Virus record (IMG/VR): IMGVR_UViG_3300047548_000621
Location: 8,200-72,199 of that record
DNA from: a virus
Lineage: Duplodnaviria; Heunggongvirae; Uroviricota; Caudoviricetes
Reading direction: 5' to 3' (one strand)
Length of the DNA stretch: 64,000 nt
Under the pieces are notes generated by a model, which worked only from the letters and a program-made list of their open reading frames with translations, was not told where the DNA came from and searched no databases. Numbering within the stretch: the first letter of the stretch is position 1; each line of letters begins with the position of its first letter. Below, one piece after another: positions 8,885 to 16,226 of this stretch. The position numbers and the translations under genes are program-made.

Positions 8885-8959
8885 TGGTAGCGCCGAGGAA
8901 TTCTGCCATCCTGACCTTTCGGGTGTAAACCGAATGCTCTACTTCTGAGCTACGGCGCC
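8885..8959 (-). tRNA. tRNA-Val (UAC)-like with non-canonical T-loop (GGCAGAA) and D-loop lacking GG; possible pseudogene
   Basis: Acceptor GGCGCCG/CGGCGCU, anticodon stem UUCGG/CCGAA with loop UUUACAC, CCA. The T-stem has a 53-61 mismatch and the T-loop has no TΨC. Confidence 0.45.
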
Positions 8960-8971
8960 ATTATTAAAATA

Positions 8972-9049
8972 TGGTCGGGGTAGCAGGATTCGAACCTGCG
9001 ACCTCCTGCTCCCAAAGCAGGCCGTCTAACCAGACTGACGTACACCCCG
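8972..9049 (-). tRNA. tRNA-Pro (UGG)
   Basis: Anticodon stem CCUGC/GCAGG with loop UUUGGGA, T-arm GCAGGUUCGAAUCCUGC, CCA. Confidence 0.8.
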
Positions 9050-9056
9050 ATATTCT

Positions 9057-9131
9057 TGGTGGAGACGGAGGGAATCGAACCCTCAAGTGCGCCTTGCAAA
9101 GGCGCCAGTTTCCCGTTAGCTTACGTCCCCG
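9057..9131 (-). tRNA. tRNA-Ala (UGC)
   Basis: Anticodon stem GCGCC/GGCGC with loop UUUGCAA, T-loop GGUUCGAUUCC, CCA. Confidence 0.7.
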
Positions 9132-9150
9132 TTGAACTATTTATATACTC

Positions 9151-9179
9151 ACTATAACATAGGCAAATTCCTATGTCAA
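9151..9179 (-). promoter_or_regulatory. Sigma70 / T4-early-like promoter (minus strand)
   Basis: Minus strand reads TTGACA, 17 nt, TATAGT. A TATATAAATA (late-promoter-like) sequence sits immediately downstream. Confidence 0.45.
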
Positions 9180-9188
9180 GAAAAAACT

Positions 9189-9266
9189 TGGTGCGCCCGG
9201 CAGGATTCGAACCTGCAACTTGAAGCTTAGAAGGCTCCTGCTCTATCCAGTTGAACTACGAGCGCG
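9189..9266 (-). tRNA. tRNA-Arg (UCU)
   Basis: Anticodon stem GGAGC/GCUUC with loop CUUCUAA, T-arm GCAGGUUCGAAUCCUGC, CCA. Confidence 0.75.
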
Positions 9267-9320
9267 TTATTCTTACTTATACGATAGATTGAAACGAGTG
9301 TCAACCTCTTTTTTCAAGAA

Positions 9321-9396
9321 TGGTGCTCTAGGAGAGAATCGAACTCCCTGTCTCCGGGTTACAAATCCGGCGCATCGCCAGCAATGCTTCTAGAGC
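9321..9396 (-). tRNA. tRNA-Thr (UGU)
   Basis: Acceptor GCUCUAG/CUAGAGC. Anticodon loop UUUGUAA with an A31-C39 mismatch. T-loop GUUCGAUUC, CCA. Confidence 0.65.
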
Positions 9397-9931
9397 GTAA
9401 TATTTTGTTTCTTTGCTTGTATATAGCAGCGTTAGAGACACCTAGCATATTTTCTAGTTCTCCGATTCTGTGCTTGTCAAGCAATGCAATCAAGTCAATA
9501 CTATCCCAATCTACCTTTCGGCTGTTACGCTGGGCACAAGTATGACTGCAAAACTGTTGTGCAACAGGCTTTTGGGCATCGCAGATTGGACAAGCATCAT
9601 ACTCTGACACTTTCTTGAAGTCAGCAAATGCTTCATTAAAACCTTCATACGTTTCCGGAAGTTCTAAGGCTCCTGCGTGAATCTCACTGTGGCAGTTGTG
9701 ACAAACCAAAATACACTTTCTAAGTTCAGTTACGACCTTAGACCATGATTTTGGATTCGCTCTAGTACCACCGAATCCAATGTCTTTTTGACTAGGATCA
9801 ATATGATGAAATGCCAGCGCAGCAGTATGCTTATCATACCCACAGCATTGACATTTCCCGCCCATTGCTTCTACCATCTTATTTTTGGTATTTTCTCTCC
9901 AGCGTTTTACTTTTTCTGATCCATAGCTCAT
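9359..9931 (-). CDS. HNH homing endonuclease
   Basis: 190 aa with HHIDP...CHNCH HNH/zinc motifs. The last ~12 codons overlap the 5' part of tRNA-Thr. Confidence 0.6.
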   Translation of the reverse strand: MSYGSEKVKRWRENTKNKMVEAMGGKCQCCGYDKHTAALAFHHIDPSQKDIGFGGTRANPKSWSKVVTELRKCILVCHNCHSEIHAGALELPETYEGFNEAFADFKKVSEYDACPICDAQKPVAQQFCSHTCAQRNSRKVDWDSIDLIALLDKHRIGELENMLGVSNAAIYKQRNKILRSRSIAGDAPDL

Positions 9932-9991
9932 AATATAACCTCTAACCTGTAATTCTATTTATCATAAAGTTGCAGGTTAGAGGTTTTAATT

Positions 9992-10067
9992 GGCTCCGAC
10001 ACCAGGACTCGAACCTGGAAAAACGCTGATTAACAGTCAGCTGGGTCTACCATTCCCCCATGTCGGA
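9992..10067 (-). tRNA. tRNA-Asn (GUU)
   Basis: Anticodon stem GCUGA/UCAGC with loop CUGUUAA, T-arm CCAGGUUCGAGUCCUGG, CCA. Confidence 0.8.
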
Positions 10068-10093
10068 ATGAACTCTATAAACTATTTAACTTG

Positions 10094-10122
10094 ACTATAG
10101 CAGCCTGACAAATAAATGTCAA
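10094..10122 (-). promoter_or_regulatory. Sigma70 / T4-early-like promoter (minus strand)
   Basis: Minus strand reads TTGACA, 17 nt, TATAGT, just upstream of tRNA-Asn. Confidence 0.45.
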
Positions 10123-10685
10123 GCTGCTATTTTCAAGATCCTACTGTGCTTGGGAACACCTGAAATCAAGTAATCCATCTGATCCGCAAGAATGTTGCGG
10201 TTCTGTAGAATCAAGCTTTCATAGTGGTTCGGCTCGTAGGGAATGTAACGCAATTCCATACCACTTTGCTTTAATGTCTTGCAACCCTTCTTTTGGTTAC
10301 AGTCAAAGCAAGATGTTACGACATTAGTCCATTCGTCCAAACCGCCCAAGAACCTCGGGACAATGTGGTCACGACTCAAATCATACTTACTTGCGAAATG
10401 ATTTCCACAGTAAGCACAGATATGTCTGTCACGAGCAAACAATGTAGGGTTCGTAAGAACTACTTTGTTGTGCTTTTTGAAATCGAAACCGTTACCCCTA
10501 ATAGCAATAATGCTAGGAGTTTCTAGATAGCTACGAGTACCATCGTTCTTGTAACCACCGTTGTATCTAGCAATTACATCACCTAGACTCCAAGCTACCA
10601 GATTTTTTGCGTGATACGAAATTGCTTCGTCGTGGGAGACCCACGTTCTGGGGACACCCGATATGTCTAAGGCTAGAACTGCCAT
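10119..10685 (-). CDS. HNH homing endonuclease
   Basis: 188 aa with the motif YCGN...DHIVP...CFDCNQKKG. Confidence 0.6.
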   Translation of the reverse strand: MAVLALDISGVPRTWVSHDEAISYHAKNLVAWSLGDVIARYNGGYKNDGTRSYLETPSIIAIRGNGFDFKKHNKVVLTNPTLFARDRHICAYCGNHFASKYDLSRDHIVPRFLGGLDEWTNVVTSCFDCNQKKGCKTLKQSGMELRYIPYEPNHYESLILQNRNILADQMDYLISGVPKHSRILKIAA

Positions 10686-10789
10686 AATAAACTCCTGTTA
10701 TTCTTTCTATATTTACTAATCTACAAAGTGACTTCCCTATTGTCTGTTCACTGTACATTTGTTTGACCGAATTGTCAACCAAAATCTTT

Positions 10790-10875
10790 TGGTGCACGGA
10801 AGAGGATTCGAACCTCTACACCATTTCTGATAGTACCCCCTCAAGATACCGCGTCTGCCGTTTCGCCACCCGTGC
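10790..10875 (-). tRNA. tRNA-Leu (GAG), class II
   Basis: Anticodon stem GUAUC/GGUAC with loop UUGAGGG. Long variable arm, T-arm AGAGGUUCGAAUCCUCU, CCA. Confidence 0.65.
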
Positions 10876-11521
10876 GTGAATCCCACTCTTGTATGTCTTT
10901 CATAAGCTCATCAATAGTACAGCTATTTTTCCAAGTCTTTTTGGCGTTAGCTGAATGTAAGACGAACTCGCAATTAGCAGGATGTGATATAATCTTAGGA
11001 TCAATATTGTTAGTAAATCCGTAATGCACTGATATACGATGATCACGGACTACCCCAGTAGGATTAATCTTTTTATGATACATACCGTGTTCTTGTAGAA
11101 GACAGTACCCTTTAACTTTTTCTATACAGGATGATAAGTGGAATGAGCAATCTTCCTTATACATCACCTTGCAAAGTGCTTGCTCATCAGTTATCTTTCT
11201 TTTACCTGTCATGTTCGTGGCCCAAGAACGGATGCTTTCATGAGTATCTTTAGTGAGACCTTTTGCCCAAGCCATCCTCTGTTTAGAATCTTCGGACAAT
11301 GTTGCATAGCGTTCCTTAGCACTTACTCGTTTACCGCTCTCATAAGCGTTCTTTGTGTTAGCACTATTTCTTGCTCTAACAGCAGGGCATTTGTTAGGAA
11401 CAATCTCGCACGAAAGTTTGCCACTTGAGGTAGAGTAGTGTGCAATATTGCCACACCCATAACTACATAACTCATCAGTGGTGATCTTTATTCCTGATTT
11501 AATAGGCATTTGTTTCTCCAT
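10841..11521 (-). CDS. Putative HNH-family or zinc-finger homing endonuclease
   Basis: 226 aa. Cys-rich N-terminus, C-terminal DHRISVHYGF...H motif. The 3' end overlaps tRNA-Leu(GAG). Confidence 0.4.
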   Translation of the reverse strand: MEKQMPIKSGIKITTDELCSYGCGNIAHYSTSSGKLSCEIVPNKCPAVRARNSANTKNAYESGKRVSAKERYATLSEDSKQRMAWAKGLTKDTHESIRSWATNMTGKRKITDEQALCKVMYKEDCSFHLSSCIEKVKGYCLLQEHGMYHKKINPTGVVRDHRISVHYGFTNNIDPKIISHPANCEFVLHSANAKKTWKNSCTIDELMKDIQEWDSRTGGETADAVS

Positions 11522-11569
11522 TGGTATACACGCAAGTATTTATCTTTTGCATACCAATCGGTATTAATT

Positions 11570-11660
11570 TGGTACTCCTGCTCGGATTCGAACCGAGACC
11601 GACCCCTAATCTGGGCTCCGGGATATAAATCCGGCCACTCTACCATTAAGCTACAGGAGT
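11570..11660 (-). tRNA. Class II-like tRNA, anticodon uncertain (best parse loop UUUAUAU with A31-C39 mismatch, possibly Ile-UAU)
   Basis: Perfect 7-bp acceptor ACUCCUG/CAGGAGU, T-arm CUCGGUUCGAAUCCGAG, CCA, and a variable arm of about 20 nt. The anticodon arm is irregular. Confidence 0.4.
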
Positions 11661-11673
11661 ATGAAACTTGCTT

Positions 11674-11747
11674 GGTGCCTCGTGAGGGATTTGAACCCCC
11701 GGCCTTTGCTTTACGAAAGCACTGCACTACCACTGTGCTAACGAGGC
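11674..11747 (-). tRNA. tRNA with uncertain anticodon (best parse CGU, Thr)
   Basis: Acceptor GCCUCGU/ACGAGGC, T-arm GGGGGUUCAAAUCCCUC, CCA. Anticodon stem GUGCU/AGCAA with a 27-43 mismatch and loop UUCGUAA. Confidence 0.4.
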
Positions 11748-12086
11748 TCAGAATGAGTTGTTATTTTTATGCCACTGACCATAAACACAATGTAAAAACT
11801 CGTGCCCTACATATTCCGGTTCATATCTAACTGATGGGTCAATCATATGAATTGTGCAAGTGTCAAACGGATATTTCAACACAGTAAATGCAGCAGTTTT
11901 GCCAGGGAGCTTTTTTTCAGCTACAACCTTACTAAACTCTTGTTCTGTTTTATAAGTTACGATGTTAACTTTCACCGTTTGTCGTTCATACTGTTTTTTA
12001 CCAAACGTATATCCGTCCTTACCTGGAGTAGGACCTTGATTACAACTTACCAATAATAGCAATAATGTTGCACATAATTTTTTCAT
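11748..12086 (-). CDS. Small lipoprotein with HExxH zinc-metallopeptidase motif
   Basis: Signal peptide plus lipobox (LLLLLVSC) and HEFLH near the C-terminus. Confidence 0.45.
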   Translation of the reverse strand: MKKLCATLLLLLVSCNQGPTPGKDGYTFGKKQYERQTVKVNIVTYKTEQEFSKVVAEKKLPGKTAAFTVLKYPFDTCTIHMIDPSVRYEPEYVGHEFLHCVYGQWHKNNNSF

Positions 12087-12294
12087 AGAGAATCTCCCTA
12101 TGATATTTAGTAAATTATAGTGGGCCCGTCACCACAACATAGACGGCATTATGCGGAATTTATCAGCGCCTCCGCTTGTGGATAGCTTGCTATCCTTTGG
12201 GTAAGTTATTGCAGATTACTTTCAGGTTAGCCTTCGCACCGTCTCCAATGTATGCCTACACGGGATTTCATCTTACTAACACCCACTATAAACT

Positions 12295-12378
12295 TGGTGC
12301 CCCGAGAGGGACTTGAACCCCCACGCCTTTCAGCAAAAGATTTTGAGTCTTCCGTGGCTACCATTACACCATCGGGGC
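12295..12378 (-). tRNA. tRNA-Leu (CAA), class II
   Basis: Anticodon stem GAAGA/UCUUU with loop CUCAAAA. Long variable arm, T-arm GGGGGUUCAAGUCCCUC, CCA. Confidence 0.7.
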
Positions 12379-12497
12379 AAGAAACTAGGCCCGGGATATT
12401 TATACTGCATACGGGCGGCGCAGTATCGGTTCAGCCTAGCGCATAGCTTATTGTGCCTTGAGAACACTCCGGTGCACCGCGTTTCTCTTCCGATATT

Positions 12498-12581
12498 TGG
12501 TGCGGGTAGAGGGACTTGAACCCCCACGCGATTAAGCAACAGATTCTAAGTCTGCCGTGGCTACCATTACACCATACCCGC
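12498..12581 (-). tRNA. tRNA-Leu (UAG), class II
   Basis: Anticodon stem GCAGA/UCUGU with loop CUUAGAA, long variable arm, CCA. Close paralog of the Leu(CAA) gene. Confidence 0.7.
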
Positions 12582-12732
12582 ATTTAAAATTATTTACTCG
12601 CCGTGACTCGTATCTCAAATAAAGTCACCGATAGTTCTTTCAACTACTGCTACGGCCTTCGGGTACACTCTCGCTCGGATTGAGCATAGAGCAAGGTCAC
12701 ATACGGCATACCGTACACACACGAGTAAAATT

Positions 12733-12808
12733 TGGTGCCGCCTCGAGGTTTCGATCCCCGTTCTTCGGTGCTTCAAACCGACGCTATCACCAGATCAGCT
12801 AAAGCGGC
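12733..12808 (-). tRNA. tRNA-Phe (GAA)
   Basis: Anticodon stem UCGGU/ACCGA with loop UUGAAGC, T-loop AUCGAAA, CCA. Confidence 0.65.
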
Positions 12809-13360
12809 ATTTAAGTCATTATATTGTTCTTTCTCTATAATGAGAATCTTCTTGTCAGGATGCTGTTCTATTACTGCATCCATCTTAGCTCTATCATTGC
12901 CCCACCATCTGCCCTTTATCTCAACATAAAGATCAAAAGCAGGAAGATAGAAATCAGGAGTGTAGTTCTTTGTTATTCCATCTAGAACATACTTCCAAGA
13001 CTTGCATCTTTCCCAAGCAATGTTATTATCGTTACAGTATAAAGCAAAAGTCCTTTCCCAGGTACCTTGCACTTTCTTACCGCTCACTTCAAACCATTTA
13101 CTCTTGCCACCTGGATTATGCTGTGACATTCGTTCGGACAATCGTTTACGAGCATCCTCGCCCATTACAGTAGGACCGTATTCAGCAATGCGAAGTTTTG
13201 TAGCTTCAGATTTAGTCCTAGTAATTAGGTCGCCGCGATTTTTGGCATTGACCAATGAGTTAAAAGCGAGTCCGTGCTTCTGTTGCAGGCCTCTAAAGCT
13301 CAACCCAGCGTCATAATCTTTCTGTATTTCAGCCCAATCGTAATGTTTCTTGTGTGGCAT
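12773..13360 (-). CDS. PD-(D/E)XK-family nuclease with N-terminal helix-turn-helix (putative homing endonuclease)
   Basis: 195 aa. The motif PDFYLP...DLYVEIKG fits PD...(D/E)xK. The 3' end overlaps tRNA-Phe and the start codon abuts a tRNA 5'-half remnant. Confidence 0.5.
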   Translation of the reverse strand: MPHKKHYDWAEIQKDYDAGLSFRGLQQKHGLAFNSLVNAKNRGDLITRTKSEATKLRIAEYGPTVMGEDARKRLSERMSQHNPGGKSKWFEVSGKKVQGTWERTFALYCNDNNIAWERCKSWKYVLDGITKNYTPDFYLPAFDLYVEIKGRWWGNDRAKMDAVIEQHPDKKILIIEKEQYNDLNAALADLVIASV

Positions 13361-13385
13361 TTGTGTTCTCCGTGATACTATTTAT

Positions 13386-13436
13386 CCCAGATACACAATC
13401 AACTGCTCTACCAACTGAGCTACAGAGGCAAAAACT
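13386..13436 (-). pseudogene. tRNA 5'-half remnant (acceptor plus D-arm only)
   Basis: GCCUCUGUAGCUCAGUUGGUAGAGCAG is a canonical acceptor and D-arm. No matching 3' half (CAGAGGC-N-CCA) is found nearby. Confidence 0.4.
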
Positions 13437-13588
13437 ATTGACTGGCTGCGTCACACCTACGCGATTTAACAGGATAGACTGTCCTGACCAATCTTTAGTT
13501 TAGTAAAATAACAATGTCAAAGAATAGAAAGCATCGCTCTCTATAGTCTTGTTATAGCAAACAATGATAGTGTTGTCAACTATTATTT

Positions 13589-13667
13589 TGGTCACGCCGA
13601 CGAGATTCGAACTCGCATTCTCCGACTTGAAAGGACGAACTCTTATGCCAATTAGAGGACGGCGTGA
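13589..13667 (-). tRNA. tRNA-Glu (UUC)-like, second copy, degenerate
   Basis: Acceptor CACGCCG/CGGCGUG, T-arm GCGAGUUCGAAUCUCGU, CCA. Anticodon loop CUUUCAA with one U-U mismatch in the stem. The D-loop is 12 nt. Confidence 0.4.
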
Positions 13668-13672
13668 TATCT

Positions 13673-13756
13673 TGGTGGGCCGGTGTGGACTTGAACCACG
13701 CCCCGAAGGATGAGTTTTACAGACTCACTGCTAAATCCAATTAGCTTTACCGTCCC
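13673..13756 (-). tRNA. tRNA-Tyr (GUA), class II, second copy
   Basis: Anticodon stem UGAGU/ACUCA with loop CUGUAAA, long variable arm, T-loop GGUUCAAGUCC, CCA. The acceptor has one A-G mismatch. Confidence 0.55.
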
Positions 13757-13763
13757 ATTAACT

Positions 13764-13948
13764 TGGTGAGGGCGACCAGATTCGAACTGGCAGAAGTCGT
13801 TACCAAAGCATTACCAGTGGCTGCCATCAGGTTCAAAGACTGCCGCGAGTCTACAAAAAATACCCCTAGGCACTTGCGAACAAACTCGGGTGTTACCCCA
13901 ATCGTTCCTTACTTTAACGATGCGTATACCTATTTCCGCTACGCCCTC
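13764..13948 (-). ncRNA. tRNA-like RNA with a ~105-nt insertion between the anticodon-stem halves
   Basis: 5' part has acceptor GAGGGCG, D-arm GCGGAAAUAGGUAUACGC and stem UCGUU. 3' part has AACGA, a 5-nt variable loop, T-arm GCCAGUUCGAAUCUGGU, acceptor CGCCCUC, A, CCA. The two parts are separated by about 105 nt that contains a second AACGA. Confidence 0.4.
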
Positions 13949-13957
13949 ATATAATCT

Positions 13958-14033
13958 TGGTGGAGCCTACGGGGATCAAACCCGTGACCTTTTGTCTGCC
14001 AGACAAATGCTCTCTCATCTGAGCTAAAGCCCC
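13958..14033 (-). tRNA. Atypical tRNA-like (Cys-GCA-like anticodon loop UGGCAGA, D-loop without GG, T-loop UUUGAUC)
   Basis: Acceptor GGGGCUU/AGGCUCC with CCA. Anticodon stem UUGUC/GACAA has G at position 33. D and T loops are non-canonical. Confidence 0.35.
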
Positions 14034-14041
14034 AATATCGG

Positions 14042-14124
14042 AGGAGTGTGATGGCATCGAACCATGTACCTTTCGGTACCTACTGATTTCGAATCAGTGC
14101 GGGGAGCCAACCCCAGCACACTCC
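14042..14124 (-). tRNA. tRNA-Ser (CGA), class II
   Basis: Acceptor GGAGUGU/ACACUCC, anticodon stem ACUGA/UCAGU with loop UUCGAAA, variable-arm hairpin GGUACCGAAAGGUAC. The 3' end reads UCC rather than CCA. Confidence 0.6.
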
Positions 14125-14198
14125 AATCTCGCGGGGGAGTTGCACTGTCCCCCTTCCCTCAATCTGCTATTGTGCAACGCAGTAATGAGGAGTATTTC

Positions 14199-14274
14199 TG
14201 GTCGGGAAGACAGGGATCGAACCTGCGACCTCGGCGTCCCGAACGCCGCGCTCTACCACCTGAGCTACTTCCCG
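14199..14274 (-). tRNA. tRNA-Pro (CGG)
   Basis: Anticodon stem CGGCG/CGCCG with loop UUCGGGA, T-arm GCAGGUUCGAUCCCUGU, CCA. Confidence 0.7.
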
Positions 14275-14410
14275 TTGTTATTCTTTAATCTATCAAAAGC
14301 ACGTTTCATCCGCGCTCTTGCTTCTTCTGCTTCTTTTCCTTTGAGGACTCTTACGCCCTCAAAAACACGGTTGCTCGTGTAGTTGCTAAAGTCAGGTAAA
14401 TCAGACTTCA
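14264..14410 (-). CDS. Small ORF (about 48 aa, MKSDLPDFSNYTSNRVFEGVRVLKGKEAEEARARMKRAFDRLKNNNGK)
   Basis: ATG preceded by AAAGGAAAUCAUU. The stop lies inside the tRNA-Pro(CGG) 5' end. The 124-aa ORF in the track looks like an over-extension across two tRNAs. Confidence 0.3.
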
Positions 14411-14427
14411 TAATGATTTCCTTTAAA

Positions 14428-14506
14428 TGGTCGGGATAGCAGGACTCGAACCTGCGACCTCTTGTCCCCCAGACAAGCGCGCTAAACCAGGCTGCGCCAT
14501 ACCCCG
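14428..14506 (-). tRNA. tRNA-Pro (GGG)
   Basis: Acceptor CGGGGUA/UAUCCCG, anticodon stem CUUGU/ACAAG with loop CUGGGGG, T-arm GCAGGUUCGAGUCCUGC, CCA. Confidence 0.7.
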
Positions 14507-14585
14507 TTGAATTGGCCGCCCCCTTTATTTTCCGTCCCCTTGCACTGAATAAACAGTAAAGCACAAGGTGAGAGGGCGATAAGAT

Positions 14586-14681
14586 TGGTGGACTGTGAAG
14601 GATTCGAACCTTCGAGTGGCCGTCGCCAATGAGTACCATACTTAATGGGAATCGAACCCAATCCTCTTCCAGGAACAGTCC
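14586..14681 (-). ncRNA. tRNA-like element of unknown fold (7-bp acceptor plus CCA, two T-arm-like hairpins)
   Basis: Ends GAAGGUUCGAAUCCUUC-ACAGUCC-A-CCA with a matching 5' GGACUGU 96 nt upstream. The interior holds a second UGGGUUCGAUUCCCA hairpin and no recognisable anticodon arm. Confidence 0.3.
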
Positions 14682-14687
14682 AATTAG

Positions 14688-14777
14688 TGGCGGAGTCGGT
14701 GAGATTCGAACTCACGGTACCCTTACGAGTACAACACCTTTCCAGGGTGTCACAATCGGCCACTCTGTCACGACTCC
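14688..14777 (-). tRNA. tRNA-Ser (GGA), class II
   Basis: Acceptor GGAGUCG/CGACUCC, anticodon stem ACACC/GGUGU with loop CUGGAAA, long variable arm, CCA. Confidence 0.7.
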
Positions 14778-14925
14778 AGTATTTGGCGCGACCACTTATT
14801 TTCTATGCCGACTACTACTTTCGGAAGGTAGCTCTTGCATGTGGCCGCATAAGAATGGAAAAGCGGTGACGTTTTTTCGTCACTATTATAGTGGTATCAC
14901 TCGCCGCCATAAACTTGGTGCGCGA

Positions 14926-14990
14926 TGCAGGAGTTGAACCTGCCGCCTCTTCCATGTCAAGGAAGCGTTCTACCGATGAACTAATCGCGC
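14926..14990 (-). tRNA. tRNA-Val (GAC)
   Basis: Acceptor GCGCGAU/AUCGCGC, anticodon stem CUUCC/GGAAG with loop UUGACAU, T-arm GCAGGUUCAACUCCUGC, CCA. Confidence 0.75.
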
Positions 14991-14997
14991 ATTGAAT

Positions 14998-15072
14998 TGG
15001 CTGACTAAGTAGGACTCGAACCTACATATCCTTCATTAACAGTGAAGTTCATTACCATTATGATATTAGCCA
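14998..15072 (-). tRNA. tRNA-Asn (GUU), second, AT-rich copy
   Basis: Anticodon stem CUUCA/UGAAG with loop CUGUUAA, T-arm GUAGGUUCGAGUCCUAC, CCA. The acceptor starts with U. Confidence 0.6.
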
Positions 15073-15130
15073 ATGAAACTGTGTGCGTTTTTAAAAAGGG
15101 ACGCACGGCCCGAGCAGCCGAAGCTGTAAC

Positions 15131-15208
15131 TGGGGTGGGTGAAGGGATTCGAACCCTCGACATTCGGCACCACAAGCCGACGCTCTAACCAACTGAGCTA
15201 CACTCACC
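15131..15208 (-). tRNA. tRNA-His (GUG) with G-1
   Basis: Anticodon stem UCGGC/GCCGA with loop UUGUGGU. Extra 5' G opposite discriminator C73, which is the bacterial His identity feature. CCA. Confidence 0.7.
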
Positions 15209-15214
15209 ATGAAT

Positions 15215-15290
15215 TGGAGGACCCGCCCGGGCTCGAACCGGGGACCTAGAGATTAAAAGTCTCCCACTCTACCTACTGAGTTACGGGTCC
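15215..15290 (-). tRNA. tRNA-Lys (UUU), second copy
   Basis: Acceptor GGACCCG/CGGGUCC, anticodon loop CUUUUAA, T-arm CCCGGUUCGAGCCCGGG, CCA. Confidence 0.7.
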
Positions 15291-15340
15291 GTAAAACTCT
15301 CAGCTTCGGCTGTAGACCGAACTTAATCGGTCTTAAAAAC

Positions 15341-15417
15341 TGGTGCAACCAGAAGGATTCGAACCTTCAACCTTCGGTTTCGTAGACCGATGCTCTATCC
15401 AGTTGAGCCATGGCTGC
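15341..15417 (-). tRNA. tRNA-Arg (ACG)
   Basis: Anticodon stem UCGGU/ACCGA with loop CUACGAA, T-arm GAAGGUUCGAAUCCUUC, CCA. Confidence 0.75.
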
Positions 15418-15428
15418 GTGAAATTGTT

Positions 15429-16085
15429 TTATAATGATTGTAGTCTATCTATAATAGAATTACGTTCTTCAATTGTGTTTTCTTTTAGGTCTAGAGGATA
15501 GAAAAACGCCATCGGAAGTTCAAATGCCGGCACTGACTCTAGTCCACCCTTAATTGTTTGGTTGTGATAAGTTTTAGCATTTAAACTAAAAACACTCTTG
15601 TTTTCAGCTTCATATTGCTCTATCAAGACAGGTGTACTTGAAGGGAAACTTTCATTGGGATCAGATACCTCACCCGGAACTTCATAAAAATTAATTAAAC
15701 TGTTGTTTGCGCCATCAAGCAAAAAAGTTAATGTGTAGTCAGAAGTGGTTGGGTGCAGATGTTTGTGTATATTTAAAGTAACGTTATTCAACCCAAATAA
15801 CATAGGCAAAAAGTTATATTTCTTACATAATTCAGAAATATTGGTCCTGTTAATTACTTCACTATAAAGTAATTGATCTATATCTCTCACTTCATCCGCA
15901 AGAGCATTGAAACTCATATAAGTTTGTGTACCAGTAACCGTCTGATATAATCCAGATGCCCAGCAATACGAATTCTGTACTGAAGGATCTAACTCATAGA
16001 CCAGAGAGAAGGCTTCTAGAGTGGAAGTGACAATTTCATTGTACACTGAATCTGACAGAATTACGGGAACATAATTTTTTGACAC
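15429..16085 (-). CDS. Hypothetical protein
   Basis: 218-aa ORF inside the tRNA array. No recognisable motif. Confidence 0.4.
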   Translation of the reverse strand: MSKNYVPVILSDSVYNEIVTSTLEAFSLVYELDPSVQNSYCWASGLYQTVTGTQTYMSFNALADEVRDIDQLLYSEVINRTNISELCKKYNFLPMLFGLNNVTLNIHKHLHPTTSDYTLTFLLDGANNSLINFYEVPGEVSDPNESFPSSTPVLIEQYEAENKSVFSLNAKTYHNQTIKGGLESVPAFELPMAFFYPLDLKENTIEERNSIIDRLQSL

Positions 16086-16138
16086 CAGGAAACTTTTCCT
16101 TTTTTGTTATTTAGTCCCGAAATTATTCGTAATTAATA

Positions 16139-16215
16139 TGGTAGACCCTGAGAGATTCGAACTCCCGACCTTCTGTTTCGAAGACAGACATTCTATCCAG
16201 CTGAACTAAGGGTCC
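16139..16215 (-). tRNA. tRNA-Arg (UCG)
   Basis: Anticodon stem UCUGU/ACAGA with loop CUUCGAA, T-arm GGGAGUUCGAAUCUCUC, CCA. Confidence 0.75.
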
Positions 16216-16226
16216 AAAATATTATA

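Noticed and set aside
8961-9050. Possible rRNA or RNase P RNA in the RNA-rich region.
   Set aside because: No stretch resembles conserved 16S, 23S or 5S rRNA or RNase P cores. All structured segments resolve into tRNAs or short hairpins.
14265-14639. The 124-aa minus-strand ORF in the track spans two tRNA genes.
   Set aside because: It runs through tRNA-Pro(CGG) and tRNA-Pro(GGG), so it is almost certainly a read-through artefact. Only the C-terminal ~48-aa ORF with its own RBS is plausible.
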